64,000 bases of DNA from Antedon mediterranea (Eukaryota > Animalia > Echinodermata). The position numbers were made by a program, and so were the translations under genes. The stretch is taken from assembly GCF_964355755.1 (NCBI RefSeq), contig NC_092677.1, positions 5,230,101-5,294,100 on the forward strand. Reading direction: 5' to 3'. Positions 52,325-64,000 of this stretch are shown one piece after another (positions within the stretch are counted from its first letter, which is position 1; each line of letters begins with the position of its first letter). The notes beneath the pieces are model-generated. The model saw only the letters and a program-made list of their open reading frames with translations. It did not search any database and had not been told where the DNA came from.

Positions 52325-55300
52325 TTAGTCGTATAACTGTTCACAATAATGTGGTTCTGCAACCTTTTCTTTCTGTGACGTAATACAATCACGAGGCTCT
52401 TCATAAATGACCTCTTGACTTGAAGAAATAGGACTTTCAGGAGTTTGACATTCGATTTCAATCTCTTTTCTTTCCTAAAAAAACAAACAATAGCAATAAT
52501 AATTGATTGTTTCTATTGAATATATTTTAACAAAATATTATTGTTAATGATGTGTTAAAATGTTATCAATGTATGTGCCATGTCGTAGAAAAGATGGTTT
52601 ATTAGTCATTAACAAATTCATGGTACTTAAAAACAAGTTTCGATTGCTTATGATATAAATAAATATACTGGGTATATTTATTAATGTCAACACAATCTTT
52701 CCTACACTGAACGTTATTTTTTGTTAAGCTTAATTCCCTCTTGCATGCAACGTGTTGTTTTTTCCCGCTGTTCACTCCGTCAAATCGAAAAAAACTTCGG
52801 TGTAAGAGTACAACCATAGAGGAATTTATACAATAGAATATTGGAAAATTATGATTTCAGTCTCCCATTGATTCTGTTTTGTTGGAATACTTCAACAGCG
52901 TCAAACCACAGAGTTGTCAGAATTAATTGTAAATCTGTTCAGTATTAATTAATGTATTTAGGTTTTTTTACCTGTGTTCTTGTTCTGAATTGCCCTCTGT
53001 TGATTTTGCTGTAAACGTCAACATTGGATTGAGTTTTCACTTGGCCTTGACGATTTTGATATTTTGAATGGACTTCTCTTAATCGTCTTTGCTAAAGAAA
53101 CAATTTCAATAAAAAGTATTAGTTTGTTCGTTGGGTGCTTAAAGGAATGTTTATTCATCACCTTGACTTAAAACTGTAAACAAAAAGTACTTACATCAAT
53201 ACAACGTGTAAGAACAGAACCAAGAATGAATGCAATGATGATAGCCACAGTTAGTAGGCCTACCGTACCCATTTGAAACGAATCATCTAAAACTGTAGAA
53301 AAGAATTAACCGTTAGTTAAGTTTGGTTGTGAAATTATTGCAAATATTTATTTTCAATACTGGTCTAAAGTGGTGAATGATTAACAAGTTGAAATGTAAT
53401 CATTCAGACACTAACACATATTGGTAAATACAGTATGGTGACATACCTTTCAAATTTTCTGTAGGCCCATCTGTAGACATATCTGCTTTGGGCCTACAGT
53501 TCTCAAGTGATGTGGAGGCATTAAATTTTTCATTCTCTGCATAACATGTAAGATTTGATGAACATATCTCATCATTGATTTCTATAGTTGCTGTATTTTC
53601 TCCTTTCTTAACCACTTCTCCATCTTGTAATATCAATACTGATGATGGCTTGGGATGGCCCTCTGCTGTACAGGTTGCAAAACAATCTTCATGATTGAAT
53701 GTTGCGATCATATCTAATGAGGGAAGATAAAGCTTAAAGCTTAAGAAAATGAATATTCATTTGGAATCGATATAGGCCTAACAGCAAGAAAATTAAGCTT
53801 GTTATTACAGATTCAGTTCATCACACCTTTATTTAGTTATGAATATATCTGGGCCCTTACAGAAGAGGACCCACCACAGGACTCTAAATGAAAGAAAAAG
53901 AAACGAAAGAAAGAAAACTTTTAATAAACAAAGCAAATTCAAAAAGTTATTTTTAATTATGGGACCCTTTCTAAAGTACAGTACAATATATGGTAAATGA
54001 TGAACAAGAAAACTATTAATAAACAAAGCAAATTCTAAAAGTAAATGAAACATTCAGTAGGGTGGGGAGTAGGGGCAGAAAAAATAATAAGGATATTCAA
54101 AATTTAAGTATTCAGAATATAGATATAGAAAGTTTATTTTTACAAGAAAACAAAACAAAGGAAAACCAAATAGTGATATTTTTTCTAATTCAACTTATCG
54201 AAACTTCAGATTACTACAGTATATTACATAAAAACTATATTTTTGATCGGCTCATATCTTTAATAGTAGGCTATCATTAGATACAAACAAATGTACCACA
54301 ACATTGTCTACGTACAAAATATTTCAAACTGTTTTCCGGCACTAATTTTAGCATCAAGTCCCTTAAAAGGATCACTTTCTGCTTTACATGTGTATATACC
54401 ACTGTCTTCCATAGTGGCTGCTTCAATCTTAAGGGCATTGCCGTTGGTATTTATCTTCTGTCCATCTTTATACCAAGTAATGTAAGGAATAGGATCACCA
54501 TCAGGTTTACTACAAGTAAATGTGACTGTTTCACCTTCATAGACAGTGCTTGCTGAGGCATTAAGACGTGGTTGATCCATGTCTGAGAAAAACAATACAA
54601 AAAAACAACGAAAATAATGGTATACAAATAAAACAATTTACAAATTAAAGAATGAAAGACATTTATAGAGTAGACATAGTATTAATGAGGCATTAAGACG
54701 TGGCTGATCCAAGTCTGAGAAAAAGTATAAAACAAATTAGACAGCAGACAAATAAAGATGTAGTCAACACAAATTACAACAAAAAGAAGTGTATATAGTA
54801 TTATGCCTATTATTGATACTCAAGAAAATGTAGGCCTAACTCTAATTCCGGAGTTATACTATTGGCGTGACGTGGGAACATTTACAATTATAGGCCTACT
54901 ATTTAGTAAACAAATATTAAGGATGTCGGTTTATGATGTGTTTATTTTTCAGGCTACATCATGATTATCTGTTATACTCACAATATACAGTTAGCATAGA
55001 TGGACTTAATAATTTAACCAATCCATCTGCGGTTTGTATCTGGCATCTAAATATTCTCTGAGAATCGTTTCTTAAAGGATGTAAGATCACCAGGCTAGCT
55101 TCACCAGGAGCAGTGTGTAATCGGAAACGTCCATTTTCCATCTTTTTATCATTCACAATTCCTGGGTTGATGACTACTTCATCTTCATTTAGTTCATCCC
55201 ATTGTAGTGAAGTAGGAGTAGAAGTAAATTGTGAATAATCACAAGTTATCACCACTTCTGCATCGCCTTCTTTAGCTGTCTGGTTAAAGGTCGTTTGACC

Positions 55301-55622
55301 ATGTGCTTTAAAATATCAAGCATATCCTATTGTTTATATTTAACCAATGATAATTCAAAATTTAACTGTCTCAACCTAAAAATATATATATTCTACGAAG
55401 TCATGCAAACAAGTAAAAGAATAAAACTGCTCTCAATCAGCATCAGCTGTTTTTAGTTTTACGCGTTCGTAATCTGGTTATTGAAAAATAGTTCAATATT
55501 AACTGACTGACTAAAAAGTGTATGGTCGTTTAGTTGTTGATTATCATATTTAATTATATTTTAATTATCTTACCGACTAAGGATTGTATATATACAATAA
55601 ATAAAATTCGCTTCAAACCCAT
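52325..55622 (-). CDS. Gene B: type-I membrane Ig receptor (signal-V-I-short Ig-TM-Tyr-motif tail). Exons 55622-55574, 55305-54982, 54582-54316, 53713-53447, 53286-53195, 53091-52972, 52474-52325
   Basis: Signal MGLKRILFIVYIQSLVAHG. TM GTVGLLTVAIIIAFILGSVL. Tail with YQNR, VYSKI, VIYEEP and HYCEQLYD*. Splice phases are consistent, and the gene is paralogous to gene A. Confidence 0.85.
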
Positions 55623-55804
55623 CTGAAAAAAAAAATAGAGAAAAAAACTTTTTATTAATATTGGTTTACAGCATGGAGGAAATCTATGTTATTTCGTCCA
55701 TGAATATATAAAGTTTATATTATCTATAATGAAATCCTCATCGTAAATAATCGTTAACAACTAACAAACTAGAACAGAAGGATAGTATATTTCAAAAGAA
55801 TAAA

Positions 55805-55942
55805 AGCTATTTACATTCACGCTGGTTTCGTTTCACGGAACCGGAGACGGTGCCGTTCAATTCTGTATACATTTTCCATTGTTTTAATAACAATACGGCG
55901 CCGTGTTCCTTTCCCTGAAACGGAACAAGTGTGAATTTAGCT
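55805..55942. repeat. Short imperfect palindrome (MITE-like) just upstream of gene B
   Basis: AGCTA..ATTCAC..GTTTCA..GGAA..ACGGTGCCGT mirrored by ACGGCGCCGT..TTCC..TGAAAC..GTGAATTTAGCT. Confidence 0.45.
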
Positions 55943-57590
55943 TTTTCATTGCCCAGCATAAAGTTATATATCTCTTACAAGATTCTTCTTCGATATCTGT
56001 AATCAGTCTATTATGAGTTTTGTTTTTGTCGCTGTCGGCCAGTTTCATTTAGTTATCTTTATTATCATAATAGTCATCTTCACAATCAATGAAAAAATTA
56101 TATAATATTTGTTCAATCTTTCCTTCGTCTTCTTTTATATTTATAAGTAGTTATGGTTAAGCTACTTACCTTTGTCTTCTCTGTCAAGAATTTAACACTG
56201 TCAATTATTTGTATTCATTATTATTTTAATAAAATTGTACTTTTTTGTTTCATTTTCGATCGCATTCAAGGACGTAATCAACCATGACATTGATATTTAA
56301 ACTGATGATTGGTTGATTTTTGATATAATACGCCTTTATTTATAGATTAATCAATTACATGTTCTGTTAATAATACCACCGGTATTACATGCCGCTGGTC
56401 ACTACAGCGATCTTGTGTCAACTCATGTATTCAATTTAGGCTTACATTTGTCATCACTCTCGGCTTATTCTTTATTAAACTCAATTAATTATATTATTGC
56501 TATAGTAGGTTATAGATATAGATTACGTCGGCATAAACTGCAGGCCTAATTCCCGTTAAATGTTATAATACAAAATATCATCTTCTAGAAAATAGTGTAC
56601 ATCTTCATAGCGAACACCGTTAAAGATGTATTGTCTCCTTTTTTTTGTTGACTATGCCATTTTAATTTTAATGTTCCATAATACTTATTCACTTTGACCA
56701 AAAATTTGATCGGAAAAAAAAATTATTTACCTGCAGAGCTTGTTATTTAAAGCAAGAAAGTAGTGAATTTGGCTACCAGACAATAATAGGTTTTGAGTTG
56801 AATTTAACCGCGTTATGTCGTCTTTATATAATATAAGTGAAAACATTATTTGTTTCGTTTTTTTCATGCGGGTGACTAATTTATCAAAACTACAAAATGG
56901 CCTATTCAAAATTTGATTTTATTAATCTTAATTTGTCATGTTTTTTGGGGGACTATACATCTTATTATTACGGTGTATCCATTATTAATGATAAGAACAA
57001 TCTACACTGTATATGCTAACAAATATATAAAAAACAAGAGTCACGTAATTACCCTTTTTGGCACTTCAGGCGTTCCATAACATTTTATTTTTGCAGTTCA
57101 GAGATGTTTAAAAAAAGTGGGCGTATCCGATTTCCCACATGAAGCTCCAGTTTATTTTAGCAGAAGGAATTGAACATGTTTGGAAGAGGAGGTAACTATA
57201 GCCCCATTCTACTTAATTTTAAGGAGATTAGATTTTGCCTTTACAACCAGCAGCTAACGAAATGGGGGCCAGTAGTGCTTTTTTGGCCTAGTTTTTAGTG
57301 GGTTTTATTTAGTTAGAGAGTTAGGCTACTGTAGCTAAGGCTAAGCGTCTACCACCCACGCTAATTTTGTCGGGGGAAAACCCAGAAACAGTGATTTTCA
57401 TTTGTGTGGGGTTTATTATTGATTTGTCCAAAATTATTTTGTTTTGCAAATTGTGTTTAGCCAGACAGGGATTTCCCATAATTTTATTCTCAACTTGAAA
57501 AAATTAAATATCGGGAGGTTTAAAAAACTATAGAGGGCGCTAAAATAATATAGCAAACCATAGAGGGTGCTATGGAAAACCTAAAAATAT

Positions 57591-57805
57591 TTGTCGTATT
57601 CGAGTGAACCGTTGAGTAGTTTTTCCATTGAGTACTTATTTAACGGAGATTTTGAGCGTTGAGATTGTTCTTAACGAAAAAGCTTTCGTTGTCAACGTTT
57701 TCTATTCCAATGACTTTCTGTTGAGCACAAATTTACAATTCGAATACTAAAAGTACTCAACGAATCTTTACGTTAACAACGAAAGTTCCCAATCGAATAC
57801 GACAA
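57591..57805. mobile_element. Small MITE in the B/L3 intergenic region
   Basis: 13-bp TIR TTGTCGTATTCGA / TCGAATACGACAA with internal GTTGAGTAC-type inverted motifs. Confidence 0.5.
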
Positions 57806-59018
57806 TTGTCATGTGCAATTGTTAATGTGTGTATTTCAGGCTTCTAGAAGGCGGAAAATAGGGTGCCAGCTCATTATTTCAATTCATATATATAAACTCA
57901 TGAATGGATTAGGCTATATAAATATCTTATATCGAATGATAGTGATTAGTATCTTTTATATTCTTTTATCAATATCTAAAGTAATATAAATCATTGCTAC
58001 ATACATATCGGGAGAATTTTTTGGTTTATCCAAAATTTGAGAAAGACTACGAATTGCATTTTAACAGGAGACTTGAAATATATCGTGAGACTCCCATCAT
58101 CCCTATTGGGAAAGTTGAGAGGTCATGCTAGTACTGTATAAATTATGTATATTTTTATATGATTGATACCGAATATATATTTATATCTTTAATTTCTGTA
58201 GTAATTAAGAATGTTTCATAGTACAAAACACTCTCATGTGCAATGTACACATTGTTTTTTTTTTTGGTAAAAAATATGCTACAATTATATACTGTAAAAT
58301 GAAAAACAACTAGCAACTACACTGATTGCTTTTGAAATGTAAATCAAATTTCATTGCATTTTCACATGACTGAACACCAGTAGGCCTAACTAACTGTTCA
58401 AACAACAATCGTAGGAAGGCCTCTGTAGTTTGGAAGCTTAATAGTCAATTTACACAGACATGGGGTAATAGTAGGGAGTTGTTAATCGCTGGTAACAGTA
58501 AGCTGAAAACCATGTAGGTTGTCTCACGTAGAATCTTACTGAATCTATCCTGAAAACCGCCTGTTTGCTCTGTGTTGTGTGTAAGTGGTCATAAGTAATG
58601 ACATAGATTCTATATTTGTATTACCGTTACCGCTCTTCTGTGTAAATTGGCCTGTAGTACTACAGTAGTGTGTTTACTATTGTGGAATTTAGTTTCGCTT
58701 TTCATTGACATTTTCATTCCAAAGAATAGAACAATACAGAGCAAAACTGGGAAAATGGAATGGGATACAATTAAAGCTTTGTTTGTCAATCAGAAAACCG
58801 TTTTTGTCAGTACAGTAAATGGGCCATTTCTAATCTCAAAGACAAAATATATTTTTAAGATCAGTTTTTCTTGCCAGCAGAAACATACTGTGAACCCTAA
58901 CGAATAAATAACAGTTATAAAATCACAAGAATTTTGCCAATGTCAGAATACCCAGGGTACATAAATATGTATCTCTTGACATGATTAAATCAATTTTTTA
59001 TATTATTTTAATACAGAG

Positions 59019-62000
59019 ATGCATTTACTAGTAGGTGTAGTCATATTCCTGGTTTTTACTAATGGTAAGTACCTTGTATTTCATTTCAATACAGTTTTAT
59101 ACTTCATGCTTATTATGCGATTGAAAGTATCATTTTCTGTGATAGTTTCTAAGCAATATTCAAAATCCTGAAGGATGAAAGCCACACAAAAAGACAAATA
59201 AAAAAGCATAAATATATTTTCTTTACTTTAGACCTAATAATATATTCTTTCATTTCTAGAGGCCCATTGCCAGTTGGTGACAACATCTGACCAGGAAGCC
59301 AATGAAGGTGATGCTGAAGTGGGGATAACTTGTGATTATTCACAATTTACTTCAACTGCACCTTATGCAATACAATGGGATGAACTAAATGATGGTGGAG
59401 TAATTATCAACCCAGGAATTGTGAATACTAATAAGGTGCAAAGTGAACGTTTCAGGTTAGAAACTTCTCCTGGTAAAGCTAATCTGGTGATGTCACAACC
59501 GCTGAGAAAAGATTCTCAAAGAATATTTCAATGTCAGATAAAAACACTAAGTGGAGATATTCAGTTATCAAATCCATCTATTCTAACTGTATATTGTGAG
59601 TAAAGTAGATTTAATATTCTGTTGTTATACCACTATTTCTGATGTAATACAATATTGCACCTCTGTAGAAGTTAACCTTTTTAGTAGATAGAGTCCTGGA
59701 GCATCAGTTTGGTAGTAGGGGTGTGAGAGACTGAGGTGAACACATTTTAGACAATAGACCTTTAGCTGCACCTAGAAATTTCATTTAAACTTGGAATTTA
59801 TTGACTTTATTTATTATTATTTTTCTGTTCTATCAATGTTTTATCTGAAAAATATAGAACACTAACAATGAAAGTGCTAAAAGTATAATGAATAAAAATA
59901 TCCAATCTGCAGACAGTACTATTTTGATCTTAGATCTTGTCAGTGCAGCTCAGGTTTCACAATTATTATATAGCTTAAGCTAGTTATGTTGGACATGGTA
60001 CACTGATTATGAACACAAAGAGTGCAGAAACTCAAGGAGCGAGCGTGCAATGAAAAATTCTATTAAATAATAAATTATTCTAACAAAAATGCATGGTGTG
60101 GATTTGAAGAGTGCTAGTCTAGAAAACAACATGCTTTTGTATAAAGCAGAATATAGAGAAGTGTAATATCTTATCTGCATAAAGAATAAATATAAATAAA
60201 AAAAATTATTTAACAACATTAATGATCTTTACTCTAGAAAATGTATTCTTAAAAAATACATTTATATTTTCTTTCTTTTGATAATCAGACTTAAATCAAC
60301 CACTTCTTGATGCCTCAGCAAGTACTGTCTATGAAGGTCAATCAGTGACCTTTACCTGTAGTAAACCTGATGGTGATCCTATTCCTGACATTATTTGGTA
60401 TAGAGATGGACAGACAGTCAACACCGACAACCCTTCTAGATATGAGATTGCAAATAGCAGTACAGAGTTAGTTCTTAAAATTAGATCAGCTACTGATGAA
60501 GATGGTGGGAGATATACATGTAAAGCAGAAAGTGATCAGTTTAAAGGAGATGATGCTAAGACAAGTGTTGAAAAACGGTTGATTGTAATTGGATATTGTA
60601 TGTACACATTACTTTTAACATTACTATTAATAATTGTCTTGTTAAAAGTATGATTTATGTGATTTAAATTTGATTTTAGTTTTAGTTTAAATCTAGAGAT
60701 AGACAGCATTAACATGAGCTAAATTTGTCTTTTTAGATATTTCCATTAATTTTACATCTGATGGTAGTTTTGCAACCTGTTCAGCAGATGGCTATCCCAG
60801 ACCATTATCAGTATTGATATTACAAGATGGAGAAGTGGTTAAGAAAAGAGAAAATACAGCAACTATAGAAATTAATGATGAGATATGTCAATCAAGTCTT
60901 ACCTGTGATGCAGAAAATGGAAAACTTAATCAAACAGCAGCATTAGAGAACTGTGGTCCAGGTCATACAGTATTCAGTAAATACAATTATTACAAAGCTA
61001 TACATACAAGTTTTAAAACAATATTTTAAGAAATTTAAAAATGTTGTTATAAAATAGGTCTTCCTGGTTGATAGTATATACCATTCACCAGAAAGAATAA
61101 TACATTGCTTGAATGTTAGACCTACAGATAAAATTAATTTACATTGACATCTGAGCTGATCTTGTACCCCTTTTTCAGATATCACTGTTGAGTTTACATC
61201 TGAAGATGGTTTTGCAACATGTACAGCGGAGGGCCATCCCAAGCCATCATCAGTATTGATATTAAAAGATGGAGAAGTGGTTGAGAAAGGAGAAAATACA
61301 GCAACTATAAAAATAGATGACGAGATATGTCAATCAAGTCTTACATGTTATGCAGAGAATGGAAACCTTAATGACACAGCCACACTGGAGAACTGTAGGC
61401 CCAAAGCAGGCAGGCCTACAGATGGGCCTACAGGCAATTTGAAAGGTATGTCACCATACTGTATTTACCAAGTTAGGTTAGTGACTGAGCAATACATGTT
61501 GGTGGTATTTAGTTTAATGTAAAATGCAACCAACCATTGTTAAAAGATGATTTAATCATCGTAGTGATGTCTCAAAAGAGAAAGAAAGTTAAGAGAAAAA
61601 ACAAAATGATTAAACAAATGTGTCAATATGAGTTAACAAATTAGAAAATAGTATAAAACAATGTTAATGTGTAGAAGAAAATGAATGTTAAAAGAAAATT
61701 TTTTTTGATTTTATTTATTACGTGCAATGTATTTCAATATTTTAAAAGATGATAAAATAAAAGTGGGATATACCAAGTAGATCACCAAAATACATTGCTC
61801 TTTAAACACTCCTTTTTGTTAAAACACAATTTGAAACAATGCAACTGTCAGACATTAATAACATGATGATTAACATCGCATATTTGTATTGCTTTATTTC
61901 ATGTTCATCAAGACAACAACTACTAAAGTAACTACCATATCACAACATATTCTGCCTTTTCCATCTTCCCCATGAAACATCCAACCTTCCTCATTAGCAG

Positions 62001-64000
62001 TTAACACAATATCGCAAAACAGAACACCAATAAGACTGGAAATTGGCACAGCCATTCTTCTTAACCAGAAATAGAAAACATTTTTATAAAATTGTGGTCA
62101 GTTGAAGAATTCACTAATTGCATTTTTAAAAATCACAGTAAATACTGCTGCAGGATATTTAACTGTAATGTATATTCATTTAAAACATTGATAGAGGTTT
62201 TTCAACGATAAGATGTATTTCCATTGAAATAACTTTGTTTTGATAATTGTTTATAATTGATAATAAATTTGTTGTTAACAGTTATTTCAGAAGATTCAGG
62301 ATCATCATATGCCATAATTCTGATTATTTTGTTTGTTGGTTTATTGACATGGTTTCTTCTTCTTGTTTGTAAGTATCATGTACTGTATTACTTAATGTCA
62401 CTTTGGAATATCATAAGCCCTTTTTATTTCAGTGAATTTTAATAACAGTATTCACAAATTTGAAACCCTCAACTATGTTAGGGTTACATGGAGTACTATT
62501 AGAATGTTTTTATTTAGAATTTTTTATTTAGAATTTTTTATTTTTGGGATTTTGATTATTAATTGTAGTTTGATGAGTAATGAAACGAAATAAATACTGC
62601 ATGGACATAGATTACATAATATTTCATAATGATATTGATACAAAGATTGCTTTTACAGTATATTGGTAGACCAATAGGATTTATTTTAATTTAAAAAAAT
62701 TTATTTTGTTTTAGATTTTATTTTTTACAAGAACATTGAGTGGAGCAATCAAGATAATGATATAGTGAGAGTTGAAGGTGGTAATCCAGTTGTGATGAGT
62801 TTTAAATACCGTCCAAGTATTGCAAGGTTCAAGACTTTTGAAATAAAGAAAGACAACAAGGTGCTTGGTTCAAATCAAAAGCAATTCATTAGTTGTAAAA
62901 CAGTCTGTCAGTTTGTCTGTTATTGCTGTCTTTACTTTTTTGGATTTTTTTGTATTGAATACTGCATAAATAAAGGTAAGTTACATATTTTAATTTTGTT
63001 AGTAGGTCATTGTTTCTCAAGTCATCATTTCTGACAGTTCTAAAAGTTAGTAGTCTGATGTTGTTATTATTGATATATAAAAGTTTTTAAATACAGCACT
63101 TTTTTAGTTTATTCTGCTGGGAGAATGATACATTGTTTGTATATCATTTCTGTTCATTATACCTGTACATTAGATGAATATTTTCTTATTTTTATTTAAT
63201 AGTTAAATACAACAATAAAGATAAAAAGAAACATGGAAGGAGGTGAGTTGAGTTTGTAACATTGGTGGGATTTATTTTGATTATTATATTTTAGCTAATT
63301 ACAAATTTTATTGAAAGGTTATGGTTAATAAAAGAGAATGTCCTGGTGATGCATAGGTCTTCTTTGTAGTTTAATATTATTATCTTGTATTGTGTTCCTT
63401 ATAGCAGTGGCAATAGAGGTGGTGAAGAGTATCAGATGATGGTCAATGAAAGACAAGGTCCTGATGGTGCAGAGTTACCTGCTGTTGTAATACAATTACC
63501 TAACAAGGATACAACAACTGACGAAACTGCTGTACAACAACCAACAGCAGCCACTGAATCTGAACAAAGTTCAGAGGTATTGTGAAAATACTAAATCCTT
63601 CATTCCTTGAATTGAAAGTACAAAGATACAAAAAGAAAAAAGACATGTTTGTTTAATAAAGTATTGTGTGTTTTGTGGTGTTTCAAAAAGGAAATTTTGA
63701 CTCCTCCAATTTGATTCCTCTTTGGTACTTAAATTCTGTTTTTTACAATAAAATGTTATCCTTTTTTTTCTAATTAGAGTAAAACCTATTCTTTGGGACA
63801 CCTCTATTCAAGGGCCACCCCAATTAAGGGGATACTTATCTGTGAAATGAATGAGACGCAATTTATTATATTGTAGCACTATGGCCAACCTTATTGTGAG
63901 CCAAATGTGACCCTTATGGGTTTTACTATATTAACAAAATATAATTGTTTTTTTCAAAGACAAATCCTGATGACGAAGATACTGAACTTTTAGCACAACA
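59019..64000 (+). CDS. Gene L3, 5' portion (continues beyond the window). Exons 59019-59064, 59260-59595, 60289-60597, 60737-60961, 61179-61445, 62291-62368, 62715-62975, 63203-63242, 63405-63576, 63960->64000
   Basis: Signal MHLLVGVVIFLVFTNEAHC, then V, I and two short Ig exons. TM YAIILIILFVGLLTWFLLLVYFIFY. The 261-nt post-TM exon is nearly identical to that of L2. The last exon matches L1 483-537 and L2 38567-38621. Confidence 0.85.

Noticed and set aside
19993-59603. Rearranging (V(D)J-like) gene segments
   Set aside because: Each V exon is complete through the G strand and belongs to its own spliced gene. I saw no heptamer/nonamer signals or J segments.

Overview
AT-rich eukaryotic (metazoan, probably invertebrate) genomic DNA with GT-AG introns. 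It holds a tandem array of two types of Ig-superfamily receptor genes in strictly alternating orientation: L1(+, 3' part), A(-), L2(+, complete), B(-), L3(+, 5' part). Both types share a signal peptide + V-type Ig + I-type Ig + short Ig ectodomain and one TM helix. Type S (genes A and B) ends in a short tyrosine-motif tail. Type L continues after the TM with a split Ig domain that carries a Cys-rich insert and micro-exons, then 4-5 further Ig domains and a C-terminal NEU2/3/4-like (GH33) sialidase propeller that has lost most catalytic residues. My hand-spliced L2 model has 23 coding exons and 1302 aa, with every splice phase consistent. A/L2 and B/L3 are head-to-head pairs whose ectodomains look homogenised within each pair, suggesting a paired-receptor (immune or allorecognition-like) locus. 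The A/L2 intergenic region is filled with nested transposons (P-like, IS3EU-like foldback, hAT, CR1, Ginger-like, Academ). All gene models were assembled by eye, without transcript or database evidence.
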